NCBI GenBank assembly: GCA_047967505.1
Contig: CM106538.1
DNA from: Dipteris shenzhenensis
Taxonomy: Eukaryota
Length of the DNA: 64,000 nucleotides
Reading direction: 5' to 3' (one strand)
Both the position numbers and the translations under genes were made by a program. Shown in pieces: positions 35,979-49,500 of the stretch. Below the pieces are notes generated by a model. That model was not told the origin of the DNA and did no database searches. It saw only the letters and a list, made by a program, of their open reading frames with translations. Positions within the stretch are counted from its first letter, which is position 1; each line of letters begins with the position of its first letter.

Positions 35979-37870
35979 TGTTGGAACCAGGGAGAAAGGA
36001 GAGAGGTGGACAACAATCACATGATAGACACAAGATTGAGGCAGAATGAACTCGATGTTGATTGATTCTTCGGCAAGTACATAGGGCCTCATTTATAGGC
36101 TGGGCAACCTTCTCTTTTGACATCATAGGTGAGGTCACTAGACCTCCACCTCATATACCTGGCTCACCTAACTCTAGGACTTTAGGATACCTTCACACCC
36201 ACACAGCTGTAGGACACCCTAGGACTCTAGGACACCTACTCTCACACACTCCTAGCATAGGACTCCTAGCCCTTAGGCACACACACCCATACATTAATTT
36301 GACTCTACATACCTCCCCACAAATTAATGACCTCGTCCCTCTGCAATAGTACATGGGATGCTCCATGATGGCCCCTACCAATATCTCACTCCTCTCTCGA
36401 CAGTAGTATCTGGGATGCTCCTAGTCATGGCCCCAACCAGTACTCACTCCTAGGACTCTTGGTTTCTTATGTATCTTGGGGTTTTCTTGGTAAATTGACT
36501 AAGGGTATAGACCTAGGACCTAGACATCTTAAAACACTCAAAACCCAATACAATCATTTTAGGAGGACTATCCATGGCAAAGTACCATTATGTGACACAA
36601 ACACAGAATCCTAATCTAAGAGTTTAGGGTCAATGCCCTCCTGGATGAAAGTCTCCTCAGTCGATTCCTCATTAGTAGAGGTATTTGCAGCACCTTGGCC
36701 TGGTTCTTTCTTCCTCGTCTTCATAGTTTCCAAGAGCACAAGCATATCATTGTTGGTACAACTCCTTTGTTTTACTGCTCCTTTCTTAGTGAAGTATGCT
36801 ACCAAAAGAGTAGCCTCCAACAAGTTCACTTCAACTTTATGATCACATGCATCCCATATGCCTTCAAATTAATCAAATATGAAGAGGGTCTTATCCTAGA
36901 GAAACATGACGATCAGACCCATAAGGAAGTTCATGTATTCCGTCTGATTATATCGAGATCGAAGGAAGAGATTCCCGTAATAGTTGTCAACAAAGTCGTT
37001 GGAACCAGAGCTGACTACGTAAAGGGCTGTACTGAGAACCTCCGTTTCCTTGGAGTGACCAACCGAACCTTCCAACTGGACTTTGTACTGTCGGAACCAT
37101 TGCATTTGCTGCGACAACGATGCTACATTCAAATGAAGAGCCGTGTCATCGTAGAATCCTGAGGAGCAATGGGAAGAGGCAAAGAGAAGGATAACGAGAA
37201 AGAGAAGGGAGGTGGGGGGATGCGCCATCACTGAGAGAGATGGAGCTGAACCTTGCAGCTCCTCCGAAGTTTGGAGCAGAGCTACGTGGGCTGCTAGATG
37301 GCGGACAGAGCGCTCAGAGAAACTGTACGTGGGCAACAGGAGCTGTGTGGGCAACAGTAGCAGCATGGGCTGCTAGATGGTCTGCTGTAGATCACGGTGC
37401 AGCATGCGGGATCACAAAAATGGTGGGGGGTTTTGGAGCAGGAGAAGCGACTGGAATTGAAGAGCTCACGTTGGAAAAAGTGGGCAGGCATTAGGAAGAG
37501 AACATGGCGGGGAAAGATGGTGGCTGAGACTAGCTACAACATGGCTCTAATACCACATGTTGGAACCAGGGAGAAAGGAGAGACATGGACAACAATCACA
37601 TGATAAACACAAGATTGAGGCAGAATGAATTCGATGTTGATTGATTCTTTAGAAGTACATAGGGCCTCATTTATAGGCTGGGCAGCCTTCTCTTTTGACA
37701 TCATAGGTGAGGTCACTAGACCTCCACCTCACAAACCTAGCTCACCTAACTCTAGGACTCTAGCACATCTTCACACCCACACAGTTGTAGGACACCCTAG
37801 GACTCTAGGACACCTACTCTCACACACTCCTAGCATAGGACTCCTAGCCCTTAGGCACACACACCCATAC
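35979..37870 (-). mobile_element. Non-autonomous LTR retroelement with two LTRs (35979-36383; 37558-~37870, truncated) carrying a captured GDSL fragment
   Basis: Near-identical repeats both starting TGTTGGAACCAGGGAGAAAGG. PBS reverse complement GCTCTAATACCA at 37544-37555. Purine tract GAGAGAGGAGTGAGA at 36384-36398. No RT or integrase in the 1.17-kb interior. Confidence 0.9.
36896..37228 (-). pseudogene. Captured GDSL esterase/lipase fragment (signal peptide fused to the block II-III region)
   Basis: [23 protein letters not shown] then GFYDDTA...SLSQQMQWF...[17 protein letters not shown] (block III GxND). Lacks the GDSL block I and block V DxxH. Confidence 0.85.
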
Positions 37871-37879
37871 ATCAATCCA

Positions 37880-38175
37880 TTCGAAGATCCCGCCGACCGT
37901 TGCCATCCGATTATCACGTCGATCGCTACAATAACAGTATCCAACCAACCGTCACCATTTGATTATCACACCGGTCGCTGCCATAGCTCTATCCCGCCGA
38001 CCATCACCATCCGAAGATCCCGCCAACCATCGCCATATTCGATTATCACACCGATCGCTACCATAACAGTATCCCACCATCCATCGCCATCCAATTATCA
38101 TGCCGATCGCTACCATAATAGTATCCCGCCAGCCATCACCATCCGATTATCACACCGGTCGCTGCCATAATAGTG
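37880..38175. repeat. ~51-bp degenerate tandem repeat (CCGATTATCACACCGATCGCTACCATAA...)
   Basis: About five imperfect units. It truncates the neighbouring LTR. Confidence 0.85.
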
Positions 38176-38749
38176 TTGTGATGCCAAAAATAGATATATT
38201 TTATTTGGCATTGGTATTGTTTTTCTCTATGTTTGATAAGAGTTTGAGTATCAAATGATAGCCTTGCGGCTCTCACTTATGTCTATTTTCTAAGATATTG
38301 TATGGGATTGAGAGGAGGAGTGGAATTGATCATTGTAAATATCATGTGTATGAATGATAAATAACTTGGTATGGGGTGAGAGTTATTTGTGTATGGGATA
38401 TTATGGGGTTTTTAGAAAATAGGAAGAGTGAGTCATATAAAGAGGTGGATCTCATGTCAACTAATCGAGAGGCTTTCTTTAAGGAGTCGCATGGAAATGG
38501 CGACCCCACAAGTTGATGATAAAGGACTCAAGTGGAAAAAATATACTATTGAGCATGGCTACCTGCTCTATAAGGGTCTAATGTGTCTCGGGCGAGCAAG
38601 TTTCCAAGAGGCAACGGGTAGCTTTGCAACTATAAGGGCCCTACTCTATTGAGTGGCTAGCACTAACGGTGAAGATGTTGAAGAGAAATAGGATGTTGGT
38701 GGGCATGGCAAACCTACCGTGGATAAATATGTGGAGTCAATAACTTGTA

Positions 38750-39463
38750 CAGGAGATGTTGAACTTATATGAGGTGGACACCTACAATATCAGCATCTTG
38801 GGAACAAGGATTCACCTATATAGGTTGTTTCATGCAAAAGTGTTTAGGTTGGCCCCCATGCCCGTAGGTCACTCCAACAAGAAGGAGCAGGTGGCTACAA
38901 CAACCCATTGTGACAAATAGTTTGACGATCATACCTCCCATCACTCGCAGAGCTACTTGAGGCTATTGATGTTGACTCCTAGTACTTCTATTGGCTTCTT
39001 ACTGAGTACATTGGACTCAAGAAAAGCCTAGAATATGTACCTTGAAAGTTCATGTGACTAAGGCCCTGGTAGAATATATGAATACAAAGTCCAGATTGAT
39101 TTGCTAGGCATCTTCACAGAGACATTCAATAAGCCATTGAAGGGGGTATGCGTGCCACACCCGGCACACTATAAATTGGGACCTCACCTCTACATGATCT
39201 GGCACAAACTAGAGTTTGCGACAGTTGGATGGCCAAAGATGCCAAGGTTAGAAAGGATAACTCCTCATCTACGATAACCGAAGCACCAAGTGGGTTAGGT
39301 ACAAGCTTAGCAGAGGTTGGAAACATAATAAAATAAAGTGCCTTTAGTTGAACTAATAAAATCTTATTCTCCATACTCTCTCTCTCTCTCTCTCTCTTGT
39401 GTACAAAGATATTGTTGTCTATGCTACATGTAGAAGTTCTATTTTCTTACATGGTATCAAAGC
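38750..39463 (+). mobile_element. LTR end with tRNA-iMet PBS
   Basis: TTACA TGGTATCAAAGC at 39447-39463. CTATAAAT ~39169. (CT)n ~39376. Left edge uncertain. Confidence 0.6.
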
Positions 39464-39513
39464 ATTGTCTTTAGGCGAGAAGTGTTCGCAAGCTTCTAGG
39501 CCTTTATAGTGTC

Positions 39514-39996
39514 AACTCTACTATGAGCCTATGACAAATGCTACATCCTATGCCGATGGATGTTCAACCATGCACATAGCAAATCATCTTCAGCTCATGA
39601 CAGTTCTCTTAATGCTTGAGAATTGCTTTGATAACCCATGTTGTGGATAGCAACCTATATATCTAACAACCCTTAACCAACCAAGACATAACCTTTGTAG
39701 CTATGAACTTTAAAGAGAACAATCTTCCTAACATGTAATGATGATTATTTTGTTTGAACTCTACTATGAGCCTATGGAAAATGCTACATTATATGCCGAT
39801 GGATGTTCAACCATGCACATAGCAAATCTTCAGCTCATGACAGTTCTCTTAATGCTTGAGAATTGCTTTGATAACCCATGTTGTGGATAGCAACCTATAT
39901 ATCTAACAACCCTTAACCGACCAAGACATAACCTTTCTAACTATGAACTTTAAAGAGAACAATCTTCCTAACATGTAATGATGATTATTTTGTTTG
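39514..39996. repeat. Tandem duplication of ~240 bp
   Basis: Units 39514-39756 and 39757-39996 are nearly identical. Confidence 0.92.
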
Positions 39997-40462
39997 GAAT
40001 ATGAATTTGTAAATCAAAATAAAGGCTCTTATTTTGCAAACACAAAAATATTAAAAATGTAAGGATGAACATTGAACAAATTGAGATATAGTCATTCACA
40101 AACAAGATCAATAATTAAAACAAGCTCAATTAGCATCAATTACTAAAATTCAATAATTAAAACATCTTCAAGCTCCCAAAATATCTTCTTCAATTATTAA
40201 ATTAAAATTTTGTAATTGAAAAATATATATTTTGGAAGCTTGAAGATGTTACAATTATTAGATTTTAGCTGTTTTAGTAGTTGATGCTATATCATTTTTT
40301 GTGAATAATTATCTCATTTTTTTCTCCTTACTTTTTGAATATTGTCATGTTTGAACAATGAAAGCCTTTCTTGTCATTTACTTATCTATATTTTAAACAA
40401 AATGGACATAGTAATATGTAAAGAGTTTGAAAGCGGTGGCATTTGTTCTCTTCAAATTTCAT
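39943..40462. mobile_element. AT-rich foldback (MITE-like) element, ~520 bp
   Basis: Outer arms ATGAACTTTAAAGAGAACAA / TTGTTCTCTTCAAATTTCAT. Inner arms AACATCTTCAAGCTCCCAAAATAT / ATATTTTGGAAGCTTGAAGATGTT. Confidence 0.7.
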
Positions 40463-41504
40463 ACATGAGTAATATCATGCATTTCTTCCTTTAGTAATCT
40501 CCATTGCCACGATAATCTCATGGATAACCGCAATTGCTATTGTAATCTCAACCTAAACTAGATTAAAACCATAATTTTAACTCAATCGAGCATCTTTTTG
40601 AGACATTTAATTGTTATAGTTTGCTTAGGTATAATAAATAAATTATGTCGTCGAGTTGGTATTATTTAATATCAGCATTACCTAAAAGCCAAAATTAAGC
40701 AACATAACAAATAATACAAAAGCAAACAAGTAATTGCACTTGCACATAGAAGTGTGCCTATATAAGCCAATGGATTAAAAATACGCAAGTATCAAATCTC
40801 GACAGTGAACACGTTCTAGCATTACAATCATTAAAACATGACCACAAAAATGACCAAGGTCAAATTTGAATGACAAATACCGACATTGACTAACATGTAA
40901 GGATTGTGATGTGCCGTAAATTAGTTGCCTGAGTCCATTGCAATAAAAGATGAATGTATTGAAATCATGCTACAAAGTCATATTCTATAGCAATCGAATT
41001 AAGATGCAAAGACTCTTCATAAACAAATATTTATAACAAATCGTGCGAGTCATCACGAAAAAAGCATTTTACTAGGGAATTTTGAAGGGTTGCTTGTTGT
41101 GTGTTGCTTCATCGATCTCATGGCACCAATGTAAATACATTTTTTATTGATTTTCTACATGTGTCAAGGTGAAATCATCATACTTTAATTGATACGCAAA
41201 TTGACATTCGAAAACATGTAGGTATTTAACTTGACATCATCATGACACTTTGATAGTGTAGCGTAGGAAAACACAACATAATCACTAAATAAAGTGTAAT
41301 AAAGTTATAAATTTTAATTAAAACTTCAAACACATCAATCAATGAAGTACACAAAGCTTATAAAATTTTAGTCTCAGCAAAATGAGCTTATCTTTAAGCT
41401 ATTAACCAGGGACCCAAAAAAAGGAGAGAACTCGTGGCAACTTGGAGAAGAGCCTACCACGTGTCACAAAGAAGGAGCTCTTGGATGGAGGCTTGGAGAG
41501 GGGA

Positions 41505-42040
41505 GAAGGTGGAAGGACAAGAGAGAGGCTTTAAAGAGGAGGTGAAAAGATAAGAGGCAGCTTTAGGGTAAAGAGGAGAGAGAAGGTCAATGGAATGGAG
41601 GAGATGGAAGATCACCTTTGGAAGGAAGGAGGAGATGGAAGGTTAATGGAATGAAAGTAGGAGATGCAAGGTCTTAGAGCCATGGGTTAAGACTTAGCCA
41701 AAATTTAAGAATCAAAGATCCACCTTCAGATGGGGAGTGGCTTAGGATGGTCATGCATCTTTGCTCGTGCAAAGCACGGGTTCAATACTACAGATGTGGA
41801 AGCTTGGAGGGGGGAGGAGGTGGAAAGACAAGAGACAGCTTTAGGGACAAGGACGAGATAGAAGGTCTCAATGGAATGGAGGAGATGAAAGGTCACCTTC
41901 GGGAGGAAGGAGGAGATGGAAGCCATGGGTTAAGACGTACGAATCAAAGATCCACCTTCAGATGGGAGTGGCTGAGGATGGTCATGAGTGGCTGAGGATG
42001 GTCATGCATCTTTGCCCGTGCAAAGCACGAGTTCAGTACT
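41505..42040. repeat. Imperfect tandem duplication (~230-300 bp, purine-rich)
   Basis: AATGGAATGGAGGAGATG and GAATCAAAGATCCACCTTCAGATGGG...GTGCAAAGCACG each occur twice. Confidence 0.8.
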
Positions 42041-43279
42041 CGTACATAGTTATCAAAACTTTTGTCTTTTGTTTCTTAAACTTCTCATTTGACTTAACAT
42101 TGTTCTATGTTTCTTAATTTTGTAAAATCAAAGCAAATATAATGCACCTGAATAGTATTGGTTTGTTGGATGATTATCATACATCAAATCTTACATGAAA
42201 AGATAGTTATAATTGTGGAAGGCTAGAACACACATAAAAACTACTTCCATAAGTCCCAAAACAACTCTGAATTGTTGTGCATTTAGAGAGAAAATTCATT
42301 TAGAAATTATTTACCTGCATAGGAATGTTCCTATACTCCAATGCCCAGATGTGGAATATCATGGGTCACAAGATTAATAGCAATAACATAGCATCACAAA
42401 CCGCCTCTCAATTCTTCATTGTTTCACATCAGAGAAAGTAATGAAACCATGGCAACGGGCAAATGAAAAAACATGGCCAAAAAGCACAAAACTTACCTTG
42501 AGGCACTGCTTATGCAAGAATAGTGATTCTGGTAGATTGTATTTTCTGTGTCCGTCTTCTCACAATTGGGTATCTATTTTGTAGATTTTCATAAGAGGCC
42601 AACCCAAGCTTACACAGATTTCTTAATTCTCACTCCTCTTCCAAGTAGAGCCTTCATAATCGACTCCAACATCTCCGATTAAAGGAAGACTAAAAAAAAT
42701 GCTTCAAAAAATCCGACCTCTTTGATTAGAGGAAGATTGAAAGCAAAAGCTTGGATCAGATCTTGTGAGATTGATGAAGCCAGATCAGTACTACCATACT
42801 GGAGGAAGATTGGAGATTGGAGGATCCAGGATCTTTGGCGATTCATCTGGTAATAGATCTGCAAACCCATTGATTGGAGAAAGATTGAAAGCAAAAGCAA
42901 ACTTGAAAGAAAAATCTCAGTCAAAGAGATGCTCAGGAACAAAGAGATGATCATCAGAACAGAAGTGCCCCATAACTACCAATACTCTGATAATTCTTCC
43001 CTTGCAAATTTAAATATTGTGTAATAAAGATTTCGCCATCTGGCTCACAACCTCGGACTTCCAGAATTCAATCTTGCAGAAAAAGGACAAAGAGCAGACT
43101 TGAAACACATGCCGGAAGGCTCTTCAAGTGCCTAGATGAGTCTAGCTTATCAGATACAGAGAAAATGAGATGCGCAAATAGATTCACTTAAGGATTGAGT
43201 CACTACCAAAACAATAGATAACTATACAACATTCCACTTTTGCACAATCATCGACTTAATGGCTAGTGTCACTTGAGGA

Positions 43280-43499
43280 TCAAATCGTTGCACTGTTCAC
43301 TTCTGCATCATGCCTGGAAGTGGAACTTTTTATGTATTAGATTTTGCTCCGGAGAGAGAGAGAAAGAGAGAGAGATCTGTAAGATCTACGGGACTATCTA
43401 AAGACAGTACAACATAATCCAAAATGGGAGTACATAAAATCTTCTTAAATCCTGAATACATTGCGTGCATGCACAGACACATACGCGCGCACACACAAA

Positions 43500-43535
<36 letters not shown>

Positions 43536-46500
43536 GACACACACACACACACACACACACATCATATGGGGACTTGGGACACTTACTGGAAGACAAAATC
43601 TGGGACTGTTAGCTGCCCTTGAGGAACATATTTGAATAGCTGCAACAAACTGTCTACATAGACTACTTTCTTCCAAACCTACATCAACAAAAATTACGGA
43701 AAATTATTTAATTCATTGGTTGGGGGATGTGAAAAACTTGAAAGTACTTCTGTCCCCCACATTTCAGTATATATCTTACTAGTCCTAAAACTTCCAGATT
43801 AGGGATGTTGGTAGAGCACACCTCTGAATCTACGCAAAGCCTCAAGAACAGAACTGCGGCTTTCAAACCCAAAGTAGGATGTACCATAAAAATTTCCTGT
43901 AAGCATGGCCATTACAAGGTAGCTTAGAGAAATAATGCAAAATAGGAAGATTCCGATGGATAAGGTGGTTTCGTTTCCAGCATGAACATGCAGATCTTGG
44001 TAGAGACAGCTTATAGAATCATTTTGGGCATACATTTTGGACATATTCCATTCAGGAATTATTTTTGCTAAACAAAGGTAATGAGAACATTCCTGATTCC
44101 TGACACGATTATTTTGTTGGAAAAAGCACAGAAAGAGACACAGCTGCAAAGAAAGAGAGAGATTTAAGCTCTCCAAATGCCTCTTGCCAAATCAGGGGCT
44201 GCATGGTTGGCAGCATGGGATGGAGTTTGGGTTAACCAGGTTGGCCGCATATGAACCAGTTTGAAAAGTGACAGAGAGCTGGCGTTAGCTATTTGCTAAT
44301 CATTATTAGCATCATTTGAGAATCCTGTTGTTGCACCGCTTGTATAGCGCCATGATCATGGTGTGCTGGTGGGGAGACGCAGGTTTGCAGCAGCAGATGA
44401 GCATGCATGTAACGAGATGTGTAAAGCGATCACCACACCTATGGCCACCACGAGGTTTTACAGTTAGCCATCGCTGAGCAATAGCTAGTTGCAAGGAATA
44501 ACAAAGCCAGATGCAAGGTGTTTCCTTCGCATAGAAGGTCAATGGTTGTGATCCCAACACATATGCACACAGCTGCTATTACAGCAGGTATCGCGTCCCA
44601 TAGCACGTGAATTAAACACTAGGATTGAAATCTAGAGGATGCCTTGCAACAACTGCAGCCATTGCAGGCTCATAAGGGTCAAGAAGAGTTACGTGAAGTC
44701 ATTCATGCACTTACTAACAGACACTCTACGAAGGAACAATAAAAAGGGTTAATAAAACCGCAACTACTGTTCAAATATTGGAGAAATTTAAACTGAAAGG
44801 GCCATAGAAAACTATAGGCCACAGAAGTATGCAGAATATATGAAGACTTCACAAATGGGATGAGGCTTTTGCCATTTGTGTATATATAATGATATCATAA
44901 GAATCCATAAAGCCACTCACATGTTTACTAAGGCAGCAGATAGGTGGTGGGTAAAGCAACAAAAGGACAGTATGACTTCAGTTATGTGGGAGAAGTTTAA
45001 ATTGGAGTCGCTTTTTACCACCTAATGAAGCTTTCAAGGCATGGGATGAATACATGTATCTTAGACAATAATTTGACAGTGGCGGAATACACCAATAAAT
45101 TTCGTGGAATTATAATGAAGATCCCTCATCCATTGCCGACATTTTTCCAACTTAAAGCTTTGTTTGAACAATCGGATTAAAATGGAAGTCAGATGCAAAT
45201 ATGCCAACATGCTTGATGATGCAATTGTTATTGCATTAAATTATGAGGATGTAAGAAGAAAAACATTGGTTTTATGCATCCAAGGTCTTAGCATGAGTAT
45301 CCAAAAAAAAACAGCCTTCCAAAGGAAGTTTGTAAGAAAAGGAAATATACAACAAACCAGTAATCAAGCAACGCAGACTAAGATAATTGGCAGTGTTTCC
45401 CAACCAAGTACCACCATAGTGATAAAAAGAAAAGCAAGTCTATAATAGCACAGGCTTGTCCAAAACCTTCTTTGACTTCAAAAAGAAAAAAGAAAGGAAG
45501 TTTATTAAAAGTATTCGAAAGACCAAAGGGTCTATGAGACTCAAAAAACCAAATACAATGAGCTGGATGGGTGGAGCCTCTCAGCGGGGCATCTACACCC
45601 AAGACAAGTGCAATATGAACATGTAAACACAACACATCACATATCTAAGCCCATGGAGGGGATAGAAGTTACGGTGTGGCATCACTACGATGGTCCATTG
45701 GATGCTAGTGGGCAGGTCAAGCCCACAAGAGATCTTGGTGACATACGAGGCTGCAGTGGCATAAAACCCCTAATACAATGTTGGTGACGATCCGTGTGTA
45801 GTTCATTGTGTTGCCTAGGTGTGGGCATGTGTCGATTAAGTGCCACTGTTCCACCCGTCGGCTGTGTCTCTTGTCTGTTGAACATGGAGGGAAAATCTCC
45901 AAGCTTGATCTGCGCATCAACCCATTGGCAAGTCTAGTCATGCTCTAGGCCACTGCTAGCCGTCTCCTTGGTTCACACTATCTACCTGAAAAATCTCAGT
46001 GTTCACCCTATGAGTGGAATCTAGTTGTGCACGCGGATCTCGTCTATCTACCCAAAACAAACGATTCTCTGTGTCGAACGGACTCATGAAGAAACTTTGC
46101 CATGCATTTCTGACCCCGATGAGACAATAGACTCTAGAGGAATCCAAATCCATCCCTAAAAAAGACAATGGTATCGACCTCGAATCCCATAGTACACAGA
46201 GCATCTAAAAGCAAAGTGCTTCTCTGAGTCAATCTCCTGCCAATCACATAGAGTGCAAATGTGACCCTCTCTAGGTATGTCATCAGCCGGCCCACTCTCA
46301 ATGCATAGTTGTTGCAATGAGACACATAACTGCCCTATCAATATCCTCAAAGAATGGGGGAGGCCGATCCACACATAGCCTGACGGATCGATGAAGCCTT
46401 CCTCTGATATCCTATAAGTAGTGGAAGCTCACTCGGGGCTAACCAAGTCCTGAATCTGTGTAGTCGCAAGAAATCCTCCCGAATAACTTGGTTAATTTTG

Positions 46501-49500
46501 TTGAGCACGCACACACACACATCTTGATACTCGATTCCACGTGATCAAATACCTCTAACGAGTTACAGACTATGCTTCATTGACCTTAGGCTGATGCAAG
46601 TTACCATGGCTGGCTCTATCTTCATGCATGCTTAAGCAACTGAGGACAAGCAACTCCTGAGAGGTCGCATGCCAAAGCAAATCGAGAAGAGAAAGTTTGT
46701 TTGAGCAAATGTTTGAGAGTCTGGGCTCTATATGGATAGACTACCCCCCTTTTAGTATAGCATTGAGTCCCCTTTTGTCCCGCTCACATACCCGCGCACG
46801 CGTAGAGGGAGAGGACGAGCAAGCTACGCGTACACAGTCTTGAGGGGAGGCGTCAAGTCTCAGTTTAGCTCATCTTCCTCCGTTTTTGGCTGCTTATTGC
46901 TTTTTTGGTTGATTGCTTTCAGCATCTTGCTTTTCCTGCCCGATTTTCGTTCATGCTTTTTCACTTCTCATATGTGTTTCTCGCCACTTGCCAACGTGAT
47001 TTTTTGGACCTTCTTGCCTTACAGCTTGCCGCATCCTCACAACTTGTTGCTCTAGAGGGTTGGGACTGGTGTCTCTTCTTTGCCCGACATCATCCTCGCA
47101 AAATTCCGCCTCTGCGACTTTCGCCTCCCCTCGTTGTTCCTTTCTATCAAGTTTCATCTTTCTTTCCCTAAGGTTCTTTTCCTGAGGTTCTTTTTCCCTA
47201 AGGTTCTTTTCCTGAGGTTTTCATACAAAGGTCTTTTTAGAACCTTCTGTTAGAAACATGGTGTGAGTGAGAGAAAGAGATAGGCTAGGGAGGGAAGAAA
47301 TGGTAGACAAATGTAGAATCCATGAAGACTTTCATTCATTCATCATCATCACTAAATGAGACAAAGTGAAGTACAAGCCTTATAGGCTACACACTCACAC
47401 ACTTGCACCAAATGCATAAGGTATAAGTCCCATAGTGACATGTGGCACTCACACACGACTCACAATCACTAGTACTAGATCTCCTAGTACTACACACCAA
47501 CACATCACATCAACACAGTCTTTGGCTATGATATCTCCAACACCCCCCTTTAGAGCCAAGAGTGTGAGACCCAACACGCGAGGAGTAGACCGATCCCCCC
47601 TCCACCGCAATATTGCAAAGAGCAAGTCCAACTATCCAACACCTCCCGTGTGATAGTGAGTTCATAGCATCAAACCAAAGGAAAAGACAATACATTCATT
47701 TCTGGGGGACAATCCAGGGCAAAGAACCTCTTATTGACTCCAAATACATTCAGTTTAAAGGGACAACTCAAGGCTGAGAACCTTTATTGACTCAACACAA
47801 ATAGCATAAAGGGCCTAGAAAGCCCAAGAATCCCAGCCATAATGCTCCTCGAGTGAGAGGCCGTGAACCTCAACAGTAGCTGCTTGTATTTCCTCAAGGG
47901 GCTCTTCAGGTTCAGCCTGTTCTTCAACAAGGAGATTGGCATGGTGCTTCTCTTGGTCCTCTTCCTTCTTCTTGAAACAATGAGCTTCAATATGTCCTTT
48001 CCTCTTGCAAAATCTTGGACAGCCATCTTATCTTGATCATCAGGTGGGCTTTTCAAACTTGAAAGTTTTTTATCAAGAGATTGAAACCTTGCTAGATGAT
48101 CACTCAACTCATCACTCTCTTCCATTTTCAAATCATAAAACTTGAGCTTCAAAAAGACTTTGGAGCTGGTAATTTTATTACCAAACAATGTCTCAAGGTG
48201 ATCCCAAATCTGCTTAGGTGTTGACTTGAAGTCCACATGATGGATGAGAGTCGGCCAAGCGAAGACCTCTCCACGAGCAAAGCTCTTTCATGCATATTGG
48301 GGTCATCTCAAGGGTCCGGTCCTCAAATGGTTAACCATTGTCGGGAGATTCAGCTCCTCTCTATGAAACCCGGCCTGATTGGAGACCTGTCACTTTAATG
48401 CATGCTATATAACAAAAAATGTTGGTCAATTGATTGAAAGGGGTTCTTTATGCAGGTCTACATCCGGCTCAGTATGGCTTTGTGCCACGAAGACAAATAC
48501 ATGACAACATTGCCAATGCATATAGAGGTGCCAAATATACAAATCAAGATGTGATAATTATGCAGGTTGATATTGATAAGGCTTTTGATATTGTGGAATG
48601 GGACTACATTGCTAAGGTAATGCGCAGATTGGATTTTGGTTCAAGAATGTGCAATGCTATCCTTTGCTTGTATCAAAATAGTATTTCTCGCTGCATAATT
48701 GGCGGTGATCTCTCCCGCCCTTTGATGTTGGGTAGATCAGGGAGGCAAGGATGCCCTCTCACTGCTTTACTTTATGCCATTGCTACCCATCCATTATACA
48801 TGGACAAACTTACAGCTGAGGGCAATTTGCATGGGCTTCAACTTCAGAATGGCAAACACTTTGTGGCTCAAGCATATGCAGATGACTCTTTCTTCTTCCC
48901 GCGCAACACTCAGTCAGACACACGCTTTATCATAGATACGTTAGAATTATATGGACTATGGCCAGGTCAGATTTTGGAACCGGGACAAATACTACGGCAC
49001 TTGGGATACCCGATTGGCTGGTGTATCTCTTTAAAGGAGGAAACTTCTTGGGTACTGCAACAGATTCAACATAATCTTGACTACTAGGAGCTCTCTACTT
49101 GGCCGCTACATGTGCATCATAGTGTCGTACAAGCAATCATCATAGCTTATATATAGTTTCATTTGCCTCTTATCTCATGGGATAAGAAAACCTTGGATTC
49201 TTTCATGTCACAAGCAATGGAGTAGAAAAAGAAAGCTCTTTGTTCCTGAAAGATGAACTAGTTCGTTTTCCAAAATGCATGGAGAGCTCAAGATTTTGAA
49301 CATACACTATCATTTGGTTGCTCGAAAAGCTACTTTGCTTCTTACTTTTGCAGCTCAATAGGAGCCATGGACGCAAATGCTCACTGGCATGAGCAATAAG
49401 GTTCGTACACATGCTTTTGGGAATTGGGAGACCACTTTCTAGGATTTTATTATGAGTTCTTTTCAAGGAAACATCCATGGTAGTCCCTTTTCAAGCCAAC

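Noticed and set aside
42300-43140. Splice-like signals and a 91-aa hydrophobic ORF downstream of the GDAP2 stop
   Set aside because: Could be 3' UTR exons, but there is no coding support and it cannot be resolved without cDNA.
43799-44176. 125-aa ORF with an apparent transmembrane segment
   Set aside because: It is intron sequence plus GDAP2 exon 43822-43896 read in the wrong frame.
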